From assembly GCF_963921235.1 (NCBI RefSeq), contig NC_086109.1, positions 37,388,001-37,452,000 of the forward strand: 64,000 nucleotides of DNA, read 5' to 3'. The translations under genes and the position numbers were made by a program. Under the pieces are notes generated by a model that ran no database searches, was not told the DNA's origin, and saw only the letters and a list, made by a program, of their open reading frames with translations. Positions 13,740-28,476 of the stretch are shown piece by piece; position 1 is the first letter of the stretch, and each line of letters begins with the position of its first letter. This stretch comes from Mobula hypostoma (Eukaryota).

Positions 13740-14810
13740 GGTGGTTGAAATAAGATTAATGTAGACCCTTCACCAGGACTGGACAGGAAGAGGATAGAAT
13801 GCAGAATATAGGGGGAAGGGAGGTAATATGTCACTCCAGATGATGGGGGAAGCTGGGAAAGGGGAGAAGTAAGAAAGATTTGAGAAGCTGGGAGGCGATT
13901 GGTGGAAGAGGTGAAAGGTTGAAGAAGGAATCTGATATAAGAGGACTGTGGATCATGGGATAAAAGGAATGAGGTGGGGAACCAGTGGAAGGAAAATAGA
14001 ATGATGGGCAAATCATAAGGGTGGGAGATGTACAGGAGGGCACAGAGATAAGGGAAAATGGCGACGGGGTGGAATAGACAGGAGTGCTTACTGGAAGGTA
14101 GATAAATCAATCTTGATGCCATCAGGTTGGCAACTACCAAGATAAAGTATGAGTTGTTGCCACTCCAATCTGCATCTGGCTTCAACATAGCAGTTTGAGG
14201 AGGACAGAAAGAGACATCGTGGGAATGGAAGTGAAAGTAAAATGGCTAACTCCAGGGAGATCCTGGATGAAACGAGGGTGCTTGAAAAAGTGATCCCCGA
14301 TCTACATCAGATCTTGCCAGCGTAGAAGAAGCCACACCACTAGCACTGGATGCATAAAATTACACCGGTAGATTCACAGGTGAAATACTGCCTCACCTGG
14401 AAGAACTTTTTGGGGAACCTAATATTGGTGAAGGAGGAGATGTAGGGGCAGGTGTAACACCTACTACAGTTGTTGCATTAAGTGCCTGAGGGAGATCGGT
14501 GGGAATGAAAAGCAGACAAGGGAGTCAGAGAAGGGCTGAATCCTGCTGAGAGTGGAGAGGAGAGGGTGGTGGAAGATCCTATTGGTGATGGTGGAAATGA
14601 GAGTGATATGTTGGATGTGGAGGCTTGTGGCTTGGTAAGTGAGGACAAGGGGAACCCTAAGCCTGTTATGTTGATAGGGTGTGAGGATACATGCAGGAAT
14701 TGGAGAAGGTGCAGATGAGAGATGCATTGATAGCAGTGGAGGGGAAACCACATTTTCTGGGGAAAAAAAGGATATCTCAGCTGTCTTGGAAAGGAAAATC
14801 TCATCGTGAG
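13740..14810 (-). mobile_element. Decayed Penelope-like element (RT C-terminus, GIY-YIG region, pLTR)
   Basis: Minus-strand RVPLVLTYQATSLHIQHI matches the PLE motif RVPLVLTYHP. Purine-rich pLTR with a degenerate hammerhead remnant (ccagtcctggtgaagggtc) near 13765-13782. Confidence 0.75.
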
Positions 14811-15219
14811 AACAATAGTTCCTTCTGTCTTTTTGCCTCTGTCACAGATAATTGGAGGGATAGTTAAATAAACTTACAATAATAGACCAAAATTTAGACC
14901 ATGGAAGAAAATTCAAGCTATTCAAAATCAATATTAGAAAAATTCTTGTCACATATTAATGTTAGCTTTTTCTTAATGATGAAGGGATTTGTTTGACTAA
15001 ATAAAGAACCATTTTTTTCCAATCTATGGAATCAGTGGCAAAGATCATCAGTTTAGAGGAGTCACTGAGAGGGAGTTCAGAAAAATATTCTTTATACAGT
15101 AGGTTGTTGGTACATGATTTTTTTTGCTACAGAGAGTAATCTTTTAAGAGAACTTAGAATATCTTAGGCAGAAAATTGGTGAATGAACCAAGATTTTGTC
15201 AGCAGTTGGACTAATTGTA

Positions 15220-15810
15220 GACCATAAGTCCATAAGAGGTAGAAGCAGAATTAGGCTATACAACTGATCGAGGCCACTCCACCATTTGATCATGGTTGAT
15301 TTATTATCCCTCTTAATACCATTCTCCTATCTTCTCCCCATAACCTTTCATCCCCTGACCAATCAAGAACCTAACAATCTTCACTTTAGATATACCTGAT
15401 GCTTAGCCTCCACAGCCATGTGTGGCAATGAATTTCACAGATTCACCACCCTCTGACTAAAGAAATCCCTCCTCAACTCTGTTCTAAAGGGAACTCCTTG
15501 TACTCTGAGGATCTACCCCCGGTTCTAGACTTCCTCAATATTGGAAAAGTCCCTGCCAAGTCCACTCTATCTTGGCCTTTCAGTAGTCAATAGGTTTCAA
15601 TGAGATCTGCCCTCATTCTCATAAATTCCAGAAAATATAGCCCAAAGCCATCAAACGATTCTCATACGTTCACCTTTTTATTCCTGGGGTTATCCTCTGG
15701 ACCCTCTTCAATGCCAACACATCTTTTCCAGATAAGAGACCTAAAATTGCTCATAATACACCAAATGCAGTGTGAGTAATGTCTTACAAAGCCTCAGTAT
15801 AACTTTGCTA
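15220..15810 (-). mobile_element. CR1 LINE 3' fragment
   Basis: Reverse complement resembles the CR1 ORF2 C-terminus and 3' UTR seen at 21500-21930 (cagagggtggtgaatctgtg..., aaccatgatc..aatggtggag). Confidence 0.75.
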
Positions 15811-17089
15811 ATCCTATATTTTACATTACTCTTGCGAAGAGCTTGCATTGCTACAATGGCCTGAATATGCCCATTCCATGCTTACGTACATATAGATGGG
15901 ATTTGGGTGTACTGATAAGGTTTGGTGTGATTGCCTTGATGGTGAGCTGTCTTCCTGGCCTGTTGCAGACCTTCTAGTGAAAGCACACCTATTAAAGTAT
16001 GAAATCCAGAATTTACACCCAATAACATATTTCCAAGTCAGGATTTTTTGGGACTTGGCGTGGAACTAGCAAGTGACAGTGTTCCCAAATCTTTTGGTAA
16101 TGTCCTAGTGATAGGTGTCATCAATGTGGAAGGTGCTGTAGCCTCAGAGAATTCCTGCTATACATTTTGAAGATAGTGAAAACTACTGATGAGGCACTGA
16201 TAGTGTAGGAAGTGAATGTTTCTTAGTGGTAAATATCCTATTAGTCCTATTGGACAATTTATCCTGGATTATATCAATTATCTTAAATGTTGTTGAAACT
16301 TCACCCATACAAGCACAAAAATACCACTTTACCGCACTCCAAGATGTGCCCAATTGAAGGTGGAAAGATGAGGTTATTCACAGCTTATCCAGCCCATGAT
16401 CTCTAGCTTTAGTAATATGTATTTAATTTATCTAATGTTGTTGACGAAGGACACAGTTATGGTAATGCCTTTAAATCTCAAGGTTATATGCTGAGGATGC
16501 TTTTTGCCTTAAATTTCTGTACACTCTGATAACATTCAGGCGATGCCCTGTGGCGTATTTGAGAAGCAAACATGAGTGAGCATCATGCGATAATCAGCAA
16601 GCATCCTCACTCAGAAGCATGGTGAGAGGAAGGTCACTGGTGAAACAGCTGGAGACAACTGAGCTTAGAACACTGCTCTGAATAACTCCCACATCCATTG
16701 TCCGAAAGGCAATGATGATGGAATTCCTACAAGCACAATCACCTTTCCTTATGTGATATTTGGTTCCAGCTAGTGGAGGGTCTTCCCCCTGGACTGCAAG
16801 CAAAATTACCTGGATTGCATAAGTCAGGCAAATGCTGCCTTGACGATGAGAGCCAGTGCCTTCTGCCCACCACTCAGATTGGAGTGGAATCCAGAGCTGT
16901 GTTCTCCTGGCAAAACCTCAACTCAGTATTAATGTGTAGGGAGTAAGTCGACCTGACAATATTACGAAAGATATCTCCACAATTTTGCATTTCTCTCCTA
17001 ACTCCCGAATCACTTGCATCCACTGTCATGAAGTACATTGACAGGCTGGTGATGAAACATATCACTGCCTGCTTGGGAAGCAAATTGGA

Positions 17090-18370
17090 TCTGCTCTACT
17101 TTGCTACCAGGTCCACAGCAGTTCATTGACTCTTCAATCAACCCTGGAACATCTGGACAGCGAAGATGCATACATCAGGATGCTCTTCATCGACTACAGC
17201 ATGGCATTTAATAATATCATCCCCTCAAAACTAATCAATAAGCTTCAAGACCTCGGCCTCAATACCTTCTTGTGCAACTGGATCCTTGATTTCCTCACTT
17301 GCAGACCCCAGTCAGTTCGGATTGGCAAAAACATCTCCACAATCTCCATCAGTACAGGGGCACCACAAGATTGTGTGCTTAGCCCCTCTGCTCTACTTGC
17401 ACACCTCCAGTGTCATATTTAAGTTTTTTGATGATGCCACCGTCATTGGCCAAATCAAAGATGGTGACAAATCAACATAAAGGAGTGAAATTGAAAATCC
17501 GGCTGAGTGGTGTCACAACTACAACCTCTCACTCAATGTCAGCAAGAACAAGGAATGGGTTATTGGTTTCGGGAGTAGGAAACCAGAGGTCCAATCGCCA
17601 GTCCTCATTGGAGGATAAGAGCTGGAAAGGATTCAGCAACTTGAAATTCCTCAATGTTATAATTTCTAAGGATCTGTCCTGAGTCCAGCATGTAAGTGTT
17701 ATTACAAAAAAAGCACGGCACCGTCTCTACTTCCTTCGAAGTTTGTGAAGATTTGGTATGACATCCAAAACTTTGATGCACTTCCATAGACGTGTGGTGA
17801 AGACTATATTGACTGGTTGTGTCACAGCCTGTTATGGAAACATCAATGCCCTTGAATGGATGAGCCTACAAAAAGTAGTGGATGTGGCCTAGTCCGTCAC
17901 GGGTAAAGCCCTCCTGACCATTGAGCACATTCACATGGGAACACTGTTGCAGGAAAGCAGTATTCATCATCAAGGACCCCATTATTCAGGCATGCTCTCT
18001 TCTTGCTGCTGCCATCAGGAAGGAGGTACAGGAGCCTCAGGCCCCATACCACCAGGTTCAGGAACAGTTATTACCCCTCAACCATCAGGGCATAACTTCA
18101 CTCACCCCATCACTGGACTGTTCCCACTACCCATAGACTCACTTTCAAGGACTCTTCATCTTATGTTCTTGATATTCATTGGTCTTTTTAAACTTGTATT
18201 TGCACAATTTGTCATTTTTTGCATATTAGATGTCTGTTTGTCCTGTAGGGTGCAGGCTTTCATTAATTCTAATATGCTTCTTGGATTTACGCTGTATGTC
18301 CACAAGAAAATGAATCTCAGGGTTTTATATGGTGACATAAATAAGTTTACACTGAGCTTTGAAATTTGAA
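17090..18370 (+). mobile_element. Rex1/Babar-type LINE, 5'-truncated and decayed
   Basis: [62 protein letters not shown], then FKFFDD. Same 3' UTR family as 1-1084. Confidence 0.85.
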
Positions 18371-20559
18371 CATTGAACTCCTCTCATTCCTCTCTGTACG
18401 GCACCGAGGCTGTGAGCTGCTGTGGTGGCTGACATCTCTGCGGGTTTTGTGCTGTTTTTGTCCTGCTAGTATGATGAACTGAGATCGAGGTTTGGGTTTA
18501 CTCCAGCTGCTCCACAGAGCAGATCTAAGGTCTCAGTCTGGTTCAGAATGCTGTCATTTGCTATTGAGTGGCATTAGCATGGCTCATAATGAAATAGGGT
18601 GAGGCGTATAAACACATTATGTAATATACTTTGTTTAAAGATGGATAGGAAAGGTTGAGGAATATGGGCCAAATGCTTTTAAATGAGATTAGGTAGGTGT
18701 CTTGGTTGGCATGGATGTTTTGGGCCAAAAGGCCTGTTCCTGTGCCATATTACTCTATGACTAATGCCATGCTAAATGGTGTGGATACCTACCAATTTAC
18801 ATGTAAATTATTAGCAGGTTTCAGAATGTACTTGAATCTCAGTCAAGTCTCCCTGAGAGATGTTGAAAGGGAATCAGATGCCCTCCATTGTTAAAAGGAA
18901 AATGTCAGAGTGAAGCTGGCTTGCTTTTGTGTGCCCCCTATTGTCTAATTCAGGATAGTGAAAGCAAAAACTTAAAAATGAACCTCCTTTGTTTTTAGCT
19001 TCAGATGATAAATAGCCTGATAGAAGAGAGAATTTTCATTTGCCAAACTACGAGATGCCTGTCTGTAAGTAAACATCTTTAATATATGCCATTTTGATTT
19101 AACAGCAATCATTCTCTACATAAATATTCTCTGGTACATTCAGAACTCACTTACAGTATTGTTGCTTTCAACACTAGAAATAACACATTTATCTCTAGGA
19201 TCAAAAACTATCTCAAAATCTTCATAAAATTATTCCATAATAACATTGTTACAAATTCCATCTCTGTTTTTGACATTAGTGCTTACCACTCCATTTGACA
19301 TGGAACTTTCTTTGTGCAGAATATTTTTAAGTGCCCTGCAGGATCAAAATTAATAGCTTAATGGGAGGCTTTTGATACAGTGATATTCAATGTAATAATT
19401 CCTGTTGTAAACTTAGCAGATTTTCTTTTGATCAACTAAAGATCTTATCAAATAGATGAAGACTATCATCATGACCATATTTACTGGATATTGCCTCAAA
19501 GACCATAAAAGGGCCTTAGCCCAAAATGTCAAACTTTTATTCCCCTCCATAGATGCTGCCTGAATTGCTGAGTTTCTCCAGTATTTCGGGTGTGATATCA
19601 GAACATTTGAGGTTTGTTCCAAAATGAAGTGATACATTTCACATTTATACTAAATTGAGCAATATTTATCTCAATATAAAATACAATTTGTTAATTTTTA
19701 CAGGACATTTTGATGCTGTCTACTCTTCAAAACAAAGATCTATTTATAAGTTCCAAGGAAAACAAAATCATACTGGTTCAACCAATCAATGAATAAACTA
19801 CATTATATGCACAACTGTCTGTGAAGGACACATTGAAACCCTTTATCAATAAATGATTGTTCTGAACACAACATGTATGTGTGATAAGAATGTATTAAGA
19901 GAGTATCATCATTCTTGGCTCAGGAACCAGCTCAAGGAAGTAGAATGCAGTCCGCTCCCCTACACTTTTGCCAGTGCCGGACAATGTTTGTCTTATTCAA
20001 AGTTGAGCTGAGTGGAGCTGAGAAAGTCAAACTATCAATTCTGAGCACTACAAATTGTTTAGCAGCCAAGAATATAGCCAAGGAGTTCAGTTTAATTTGC
20101 TGAAGTATGCAAACATCTTTGAAAGGGAATTGTACAGTTTGCAGCAAATAGAATAAACACAGGAACTACATTTTCTAACATTTTCTGCTCTATTTAGATC
20201 TTGAGGAAGTTGAAATATGAAAAGCAAATTCACCAGAAAGAAATCTTTAGCTGCTAGAAGGAAGGAAGCTACACATGGAGCAATAAATATTTAAGATGTT
20301 GCCTGAGCTCAGGCAAGATTTGCTATGTTGTTGGTGGTTACCAGGAGCAACGGCACCAAATGACCTTTTTGCAGAAGACATATGCCTTAGTACATTCCTG
20401 CATGTTTCTAAGAGAGACATAATTCATGTAACAAAAATCTTACCTTTTAAAAATTATATTAAAGGGATTGTCTCTGTTTTACTTTACAAATTTGATCAAT
20501 TAGCAATCACACTTAGATTCAGAATACAGCTGTTATGAAATCCAATGTTTGTAAAAAGT

Positions 20560-21935
20560 AATATGTGAAGATGCTGGAATCAATTATAAAAGATGTAATA
20601 GCGGCATATTTGAATACCAGTGGCAGGATAGGTCCGAGTCAGCATGGATTTACGAAGGGAAAATCATGCTTGACTAGTCTTCTGGAATTTTTTGAGAATG
20701 TAACTATGAAAATGGACATGGGAAAGCCAGTGGATGTAGTGTACCAGGACTTCCAGAAAGCCTTTGATAAGGTCCCACATAGTGGGCAAAATTAGAGCAA
20801 ATGGTATTGGGGGTAGGGTACTGACATGGATAGAAAATTGGTTAGCAGACAGGAAACAAAGAGTAGGGATTAATGGGTCCTTTTCAGAACGGCAGGCAGT
20901 GACTAGTGGGGTACCACAAGGCTCGGTGCTGGGACCATAGCTATTTACAATATACATTAATGATTTAGATGAAGGGATTAAAAGTAACATTAGCAAATTT
21001 GCAGATGACACAAAGCTGGGTGGCAGTGTGAAATGTGAGGAGGATGTTATGAGAATGCAGGGTGACTTGGACAGGTTGGGTGAGTGGGCAGATGCATGGC
21101 AGATGCAGTTTAATGTGGATAAATGTGAGGTTATCCACTTTGGTAGCAAGAACAGGAAGGCAGATTACTATCTGAATGTTGTCAAGTTAGGAAAAGGGGA
21201 AGTACAACGAGATCTAGGTATCCTTGTTCATCAGGTCACTGAAAGGAAGCATGTAGGTACAGCAGGCAGTGAAGAAAGCTAATGGTATGCTGGCCTTCGT
21301 AACAAGGGGAATTGAGTATAGGACCAAAGAGGTCCTTCTGCAGTTGTACAGGGTCCTGGTGAGACCACACCTGGGATATTGTGTACAGTTTTGGTCTCCA
21401 AATTTGAGGAAGGACATTCTAGCTACTGAGGGAGTACAGCGTAGGTTCACAAGGTTAATTCCCGGGATGGAGGGACTGTCATATGTTGAAAGATTGGAGC
21501 AACTGGGGTTGTGTACACTGGAATTTAGAAGGATGCGAGGGGATCTGATTGAAACATATAAGATTAATAAGGGACTGGACACACTAGAAGCAGGAAACAT
21601 GTTCCCGATGTTGAGGGAGTCCAGAACCAGAGGCCACAGTTTAAGGATAAGGGGTAGACAATTTAGAACGGAGTTGAGGAAAAACTTTTTCACACAGAGG
21701 CTTGTGGTTCTGTGGAATGCTCTGCCTCAGAAGGCAGTGGAGGCCAATTCTCTGGATTCTTTCAAAAAAGAGTTAGATAGAGCTCTTAAAGATAGTGGAG
21801 TGAAGAGATATGGGGAGAAGGCAGGAAAAGGGTACTGATTGTGGATGAACAGCCATGATCACAGTGAATGGTGGTGCTAGCTCGAAGGGCTGAATGGCTT
21901 ATCCTGCACCTATTGTCTATTGTCTATTGTCCATT
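20560..21935 (+). mobile_element. CR1 LINE, 5'-truncated (RT and C-terminus)
   Basis: SQHGFTKGKSCLT..DVVYQDFQKAFDKVPH, SGVPQGSVLGP, KFADDTKL and LVRPHLGYCVQFWSP. Tail (tattgtc)n. Confidence 0.92.
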
Positions 21936-22689
21936 GTGATTTCCTCAATGTACCAACTGACTGGATAATAATCCCAAGGATTTGAGCAGTTGTCCAAATG
22001 TCTGTTCAATGGGAAATCTTTCATGTGCTAATTTAGATGGTGATTACTGAACTATGTAACTGCAATGTAATAGGCCTAATACTGTTAACGCTCAATGACT
22101 TTTTCCAGAAAGGGTCATCAAATAGTAAAAAAGAATGAAAACTTCAAACCCACACAATAATGTGGCAACCCTGTGAGGTCAAATTGTTTTCCTTGATTAA
22201 TGGCTACCAATGGACAAAATATGGGATTCCCAATCTATATGAGTTTGTACTGAGCAATTCCTTTATTCAAAGATTCAAAGGTCCAATTTAATGCCAGAGA
22301 AATGTATACAATATACATCCTGAAATGCTTTTTCTTCGCAAACATCCACGAAAACAGAGAACTGCCCCAAAGAACGAACGACAGTTAAACGTGAGAACCC
22401 CAAAGTACCCTCCAAGCTCCCCCCTCCTGTGCGTAAGCGGTAGCAAGCAACAATCTTCCCCTCCCCCCACCAGCAAAAAAAGGTGCATTGGTACCATCAC
22501 CAAGTCTATGCTAAGCAACAGCAAAGACCCAGACTAAAGTTACCCCAAAGGTTTCGCATTTCATCCGACATTTGACAAACCACAAGTTCTCTCTCACCCT
22601 AATAAGGGAGAGGGAGGTGTCTCCCATTTTCACAGCGAGCGGGAGACATAACAACAACTCCCTGGCTTACGACCAATGAAAGAAAAACA

Positions 22690-23990
22690 GCCTTGGGTTG
22701 TCTTCAAAATGCATGCCTCATGGTCAGCTACATAGAACAGTCCATGTTCGAAGCCTTCCCCAGTTGTACTGTCTCTGCTACATTGACGACCGCATTGGCG
22801 CTGCTTCATGCACCCACGCTCATCAATTTTATCAACTTTGCCTCTAACTTCCATCCTGCCCTTGTAAGAATGCTATTTCCTTTTCTCAGTTTCTTCGCCT
22901 TCACCGCATCTGTTCCCAGGAGGCAGCTTTCCATTCCAGGACATCAGAGATGTTCTCCTTCTTTAAAGAACAGGGTTTCCCTTCCTCCTCTATTGATGCT
23001 GCTGTCACACACATCTCCTCCTCCATTTTGCATACATCTGCGCTCACCTCAATCTTCCCACTGCCATAATGGTGATAGAGTCCCTATTGTCCTTACCTAC
23101 CACCCCATCAGCCTCCGCATACAACATATTATCCTCCGCAGATTCTGCCATCTCCAAGGGGATCCTACCATCAAATGTATCTTTACCTCCACCCTCTGCC
23201 CCTCTACTTTCTGCAGGGATCACTCCCTCCACGATTCCCTCGTCCCTTTGTCCCTCCCCACTAATCTTCGTCCAGGCACTTAACCCTGAATGTACTACCC
23301 CTGGCCATACACCTCCTCCCTTACCTCCATTCAGGACCCCAAACTGTCCTTCCAGGTGAGACAACACCTCACCTGCAAATTTTCTGGGGTTGTCTTTTAT
23401 GGCCAGTGCTCCTCATGCGGCCTTCTCTACATTGGTGACACCCGTCGTAAATTGGGAGACTCTTTCACTGAGCACCTCTCCACCATCCACCACAAGCGGG
23501 TCTTCCCAGTGGCCTAAAATTTTAGTTCCGATTCTCATTCCAACTCCAACATGTCCATGGTCTCCTCTTGTGCCAAGATGAAACCACCCTCAGGATGAAG
23601 GAACAACATCTTATATTCCATCTGGGTACCCTCCAACCTCCTGGCATGAATATCAGTCTCTCTTTCCAGTGAACATATTTTACTTCCCCGCCTTCCTCTC
23701 TCCCCCACCCTAACCTTTCACTTCTCACCTTTCACTCACTCTGGGACTCCTCCTCCTTCTCTTTCTACTATTGTCCACTCTTCTCTCCTATCAGATTCTT
23801 TCTTCTCCGGCCCTTGACCCTTCCCACCCATCTGGCTTCGCCTATCACCTTTCAGTCAACCTCTTCCCCCCCCCCCCACCCCCCACAGCTTTTTGTTCTG
23901 GAATCTTCTCCTTTTCTTCTCAGTCCTGAAGAAAATTCTTGGCCTGAAATGTCAACTGTTCATTCTTGTCCATAGATGCTGCCTAACCTG
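22690..23990 (+). mobile_element. Penelope-like element (RT remnant, GIY-YIG endonuclease, pLTR)
   Basis: RVPIVLTYHP and GIY-YIG motif VVFYGQCSSCGLLYIGDTRRKLGDSFTEH..PVA, then EQHLIFHLGTLQPPGMN. Degenerate hammerhead at 23921-23958. Confidence 0.88.
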
Positions 23991-24292
23991 CATATTTATC
24001 TCTTTAAGCAGAAAGAGCACAAGATTACATTTTGCCAAAAATACATCTATGCTAATTATATTGATCCAAATTATTTAGATAGTTATTTCGTAACATTTGC
24101 AACATTAAGATCTACCAATAGATTTTCACTATTTCTTTCCTGCAATAAGAATATAAGAAGTTAAGTGATGGAAGCAACTATATCTATGAGCGTAGTCTTT
24201 AATTCAATGAGATCATGCTACCTAGAGGCTCAAGTCCAGCTTCCCACTGCATCTCATTGTATTCCTTCATTCATAAAATGTGGACAACACTG

Positions 24293-24802
24293 GTATTGCT
24301 ATTGAGGGAGTGCAGCATAGGTTCACGAGGTTAATTCCGGGGATGGCGGGACTGTCATATGTTGAAAGATTGGAGCGACTGGGCTTGTATACACTGGAAT
24401 TTAGAAGGATGGGAGGGGATCTGATTGAAACATATAAGATTATTACGGGATTGGACACGCTAGAGGCGGGAAACATGTTTCCGATGTTGGGGGAGTTCAG
24501 AACCAGAGGCCACAGTTTGATAATAAGGGGTAGGTCATGTAGAATGGAGTTGAGGAAAAACTTCTTCACCCAGAGAGTTGTGGATCTGTGGAATACTCTG
24601 CCTCAGAAGGTAGTGGAGGCCAATTCTCTGGATGCTTTCAAGAAAGAGTTAGATAGAGCGCTTAAAGATAGTGGAGTCAAGGGATATGGGGAGAAGGCAG
24701 GATCGGGGTACTGATTGTGGATGATCAGCCATGATCACAGTGAATGGCAGATCTGGCTCGAAGGGCTGAATGGCCTACTCCTGCACCTATTGTCTATTGT
24801 CT
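24293..24802 (+). mobile_element. CR1 LINE 3' fragment, same subfamily as 20560-21935
   Basis: IEGVQHRFTRLIPGMAGLSYVERLERLGLYTLEFRR...; tail tattgtctattgtc. Confidence 0.9.
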
Positions 24803-25057
24803 AAAGCATTGTTTGGCCATCCTTACATGTGCTAGAATTTACTAAGTTGCAAATTCACTTCATTGGGCAATCAAGAGCCAACTACATTGTTCGGCCTGGA
24901 GTCACATACAAACCAATGGGCATTAGTGAAGCAGATGGGGATTTAAGATAGTCTGTTAGTTTCAGACTACCATTACTGACAACAGCTTTATGTTAAATTT
25001 TCCACTCTGTTTAAGTTATCCCACATTGTGTTGGAATTGTCCTGCCAATTTCATTTT

Positions 25058-25330
25058 GAGAGATACAGTATGGAGCAGGCCTTTCTGGCCCTTCGAGCTG
25101 TGTCACCAGCAACCCCCGAGTTAATTCTAGCCTAATCACAGGACAATTTACAATGACCAATTAACCTACCAACCAGTATGTCTTTGGATTGTAGGAGGAA
25201 ACTGCAGCACTTGGAGGAAACCCATGCAACCACAGAGAGAATGTACAAATTCCTTACAGAGGACACCAAGATTGAACTCTAACTTCAACATCCCAAACTA
25301 TAATAGTGTCACGCTAATCCCTACGCCAAT
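25058..25330 (-). mobile_element. tRNA-derived V-SINE (HE1-like)
   Basis: Reverse complement has the V-domain gggtttcctcc..gtgc..agtttcctcc.aca.tccaaagac..ggtaggttaattgg and a CR1-like 3' tail. Confidence 0.7.
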
Positions 25331-25949
25331 CGTCCCGTAATTTAACTACAATCCTATTGAATCCTATATATTATGCTTTAAGCATCTAGAAGTTGCTATT
25401 GTTGCTATCTGTTTAGTATCCACATTCTCTGAAGTAAAAAAATTCTGAAGATTTACAACATGTTCTGGAAAGGAATGTTTCTTCGCCTGGATCCTAAATG
25501 AGCTGTTACTTATCTCGAGTCCGTATTCCTGAGTTCTAGACCTTCCTTCCATCTTTACCATCTAGCCTCCTGATTCATTTCAAAATCTTGACACAATAAG
25601 CTCACCTCTCAGTCCTCTAAATATTGGTGTGTATAGACCAGTAATATCTAATACTTTTATTAACCCTCAAAACTCAAGGAAGTTAGTATCGATGCTGCAA
25701 TTACTTGAAGCCAAGTATTTTTCTTGAGGTATAGAAAGCAAGACTGCATAGAGAACTCTTAGCTGGTCTGACCAAACACTGACTAATTCCAACTAATTCC
25801 TTATTCTTACAAAGGTAGCTGTCTTGAAATAAAGGTTAATATAACATATGCCTTCACCTTCACATTTGCTTGTTACAGCTGTCTTTGTTTCCTCTCTGCA
25901 TCTGCAGTATCTCAACATTCAGATTAGAAAGATTCCACTTCTCAGCGTT

Positions 25950-26255
25950 TCCTGACGTAGCGGTTTGCACAATTACTTCACAGTGCCGGTGGTCACTGAG
26001 TGGAGTTCGATTCCTGCTGCTGTCTGAGAGGAGTTTCTACATTCTCCCGGGACTGCGAAGGTTTCTGCTCTGTGCTTCGGTTTCTTGCCACGTCCCAAAG
26101 GCGTGTGGTTCGGATTAGGATTGGTGAGTTGTGGGCCTGCTGTACTGGTGCCGGACATGTGCGGCCTGCCCCCAGCACAATCCTTAGGTTGTTGACGCAA
26201 AATGAAGAATTTCACTGTACACTTCAATGTTTGATGCACATGTGACAAATAAAGC
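25950..26255 (+). mobile_element. V-SINE-like element
   Basis: A/B-box-like head (gtagcggtttgcac..ggagttcgattcc), V-domain (ggtttctgctctgtgcttcggtttcttgccacgtcccaaag), ends gtgacaaataaagc. Confidence 0.6.
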
Positions 26256-26399
26256 TACTTACATTTTCGCACATTATGTTGTATCTGCCATCTTTTTGCT
26301 CACCTGCATAACCTGTCTATTTTCATTGCAGAATTCTTGTATTACATTCGCTTTCCAACAAGGTTTTGTACTATTATCGGACCTGGAAATGTTACATCC

Positions 26400-28350
26400 T
26401 GTGTCAGTCAGCACAGGTACATTTCAGGAATACAAGCTTAGCCTGCTGCTCTATTCCTTTTACACTCATGACTCTGTGGCTAAACACAGCTCAAAAGGCA
26501 TTCATAAATTCACCAATGACATTGCTGTTCATGGGAGAATCTCAGATGACAACGAGGAGGCAAAGAAATCAGAGTCAAAATCAGAATCAGGTTTATTATC
26601 ACTGGCATGTGCCGTGAAAATTATTAACTTAGCAGCAGCAGTTCAATGCAATACATAATATAGAAGAAAAAAACTAAATAATATAATAATAATAATAAAT
26701 AAGTACATCAATTACAGTATACTGTACCTATATTGAATAGATTAAATTCATGCAAAAAACAGAAATAATATATATTAAAAAACTGAGGTAGTGTCCAAGG
26801 GTTCAATATCCATTTAAGAATCGGATGGCAGAGGGGAAAAAGCTGTTCCTGAATTGTTGAGTGTGTGCCTTCCGGCTTCTGTACCTCCTACATGATGGTA
26901 ACAGTGAGAAAAGGGCATGCCCTGGGTGCTGGAGGTCGATAATGATGGACACCGCTCCCTGAAGATGTTCTGGGTACTTTGTAGGCTCGTACCCAAGATG
27001 GAGCCAACTAAATTTACAACCCTCTGCAGCTTCTTTCAGTCCTGTGCAGTAGCCTCCCCCCTTCCCCCTCCCCCCACCGCCCCATACCAGACAGTGATGC
27101 AGCCTGTCAGATTGCTCTCCATGGTACATCTATAGAAGTTTTTGAGTGTACTTGTTGGCATACTAAATCTCCTCAAACTCCTAATGAAGTATAGCCACTG
27201 TCTTGCTTTCTTTATAACTGCATTGATATGTTGGGACCAGATTAGATCCTCAGAGATCGTGACGCCCAGGAACTTGAAGGAGATAGATCAACTGGCTAGG
27301 TGAGTGGTGTCACAACAACTTGCACTCAATTTCAGCAAGACCAAGGAATTAATTGTGGACTTCAGGGAGGATAAATTGGGGGAACACACACCAGTCCTTA
27401 TTGAGGGGTTAGAGGTGGAAAGTGTGAGCAGCTTTGAGTTCCTGGGCATCAACATCCCAGAGAAGCTTTTCTAGTTCCAACACATTGACGTAATCATGAA
27501 GAAGGCATACCAGTGGCTCTACTTCATTAGCAGTTCGAAGAGATTGGGTTTGTCACCAAAGTCAACATTTCTACAGATGTATGGCAGAGAGTATTCTGAC
27601 TGGTTGCAATGTAGGTTCCAAAGCACAGGGCTGCAAGAGGCTGCAGAAGCTGGCAGACACAGTCAGCTGCATCACTATCTGGTATGTGGAGTTGGGGGGG
27701 TGGGGTGCTAATGCACCTGACCAAAGTAAGCTGCAGAGCGTGGTAAAATTAGTCAGCTCCATTATGGGTACTCACCTCTGTGGTATCCAAGACATCTTCA
27801 AGGAGTGATGCCTCAGAGAGGTGACTTCCATTATTAAGGACCTCCAACTCCTAGGACATGCCCTCCACACATTGTTACCATCAGGAAGGAGATACAGAAA
27901 CCTAATGGCACACATTCAATGATTCAAGAACAGCTTTGTTCCATCTGCCATCTGACTTCTGAATGGACATTGAAACCATGAACACTCTCTCACTACTTTC
28001 TTTTAATTTATGTTTTTGCACTATTTATTTAATTTAACTATTTGATATACATGCATACATATACTGTCCTTACTATAATTCACAGTTTTTTCCCTCTATT
28101 ATTATGTATTGCAACATACTGTTGCCGCGAAGTTTACAAACTTCACGACATATGCCGGTGATATTAAACCTGACTCTGATGGGCACAAACAACCACTCTC
28201 CCACCCCTGCCACCTCCAAACGGCCTTCCAAACGGCTCATGAACCCATAAACACAACCTTGCTATTCCTTTCTTTTGCACTCTTTGATTGGAGTTGTACA
28301 AAACAACAAATTTCACGTCATATAGGTCAGTGATATTAAATCTGATTCAG
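26400..28350. mobile_element. Nested cluster of Rex/Babar-type LINE fragments (a minus-strand copy at about 26566-27275 inside plus-strand copies)
   Basis: Plus strand: LLYSFYTHDSVAKHSS..IHKFTND and KKAYQWLYF. Minus strand: HPGHALFSLLPSCRRYRS..FRNSFFPSAIRFLN. (tcagaa)n and (tctgat) tails. Confidence 0.75.
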
Positions 28351-28476
28351 ACTCTGAATACAGCCATATCATTATTCTAAGTGGTGATTAGTTGAACTCA
28401 CTGGTAAGACTGGACAATTTGATAAGATGTTGATTCCTACTCTTTGATCTCTATCTTTTAAAGAATAATTTAATTA

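Noticed and set aside
15900..16950. Possible very old LINE/SINE remnants or conserved non-coding elements
   Set aside because: Only faint resemblance; family and boundaries could not be assigned by eye.
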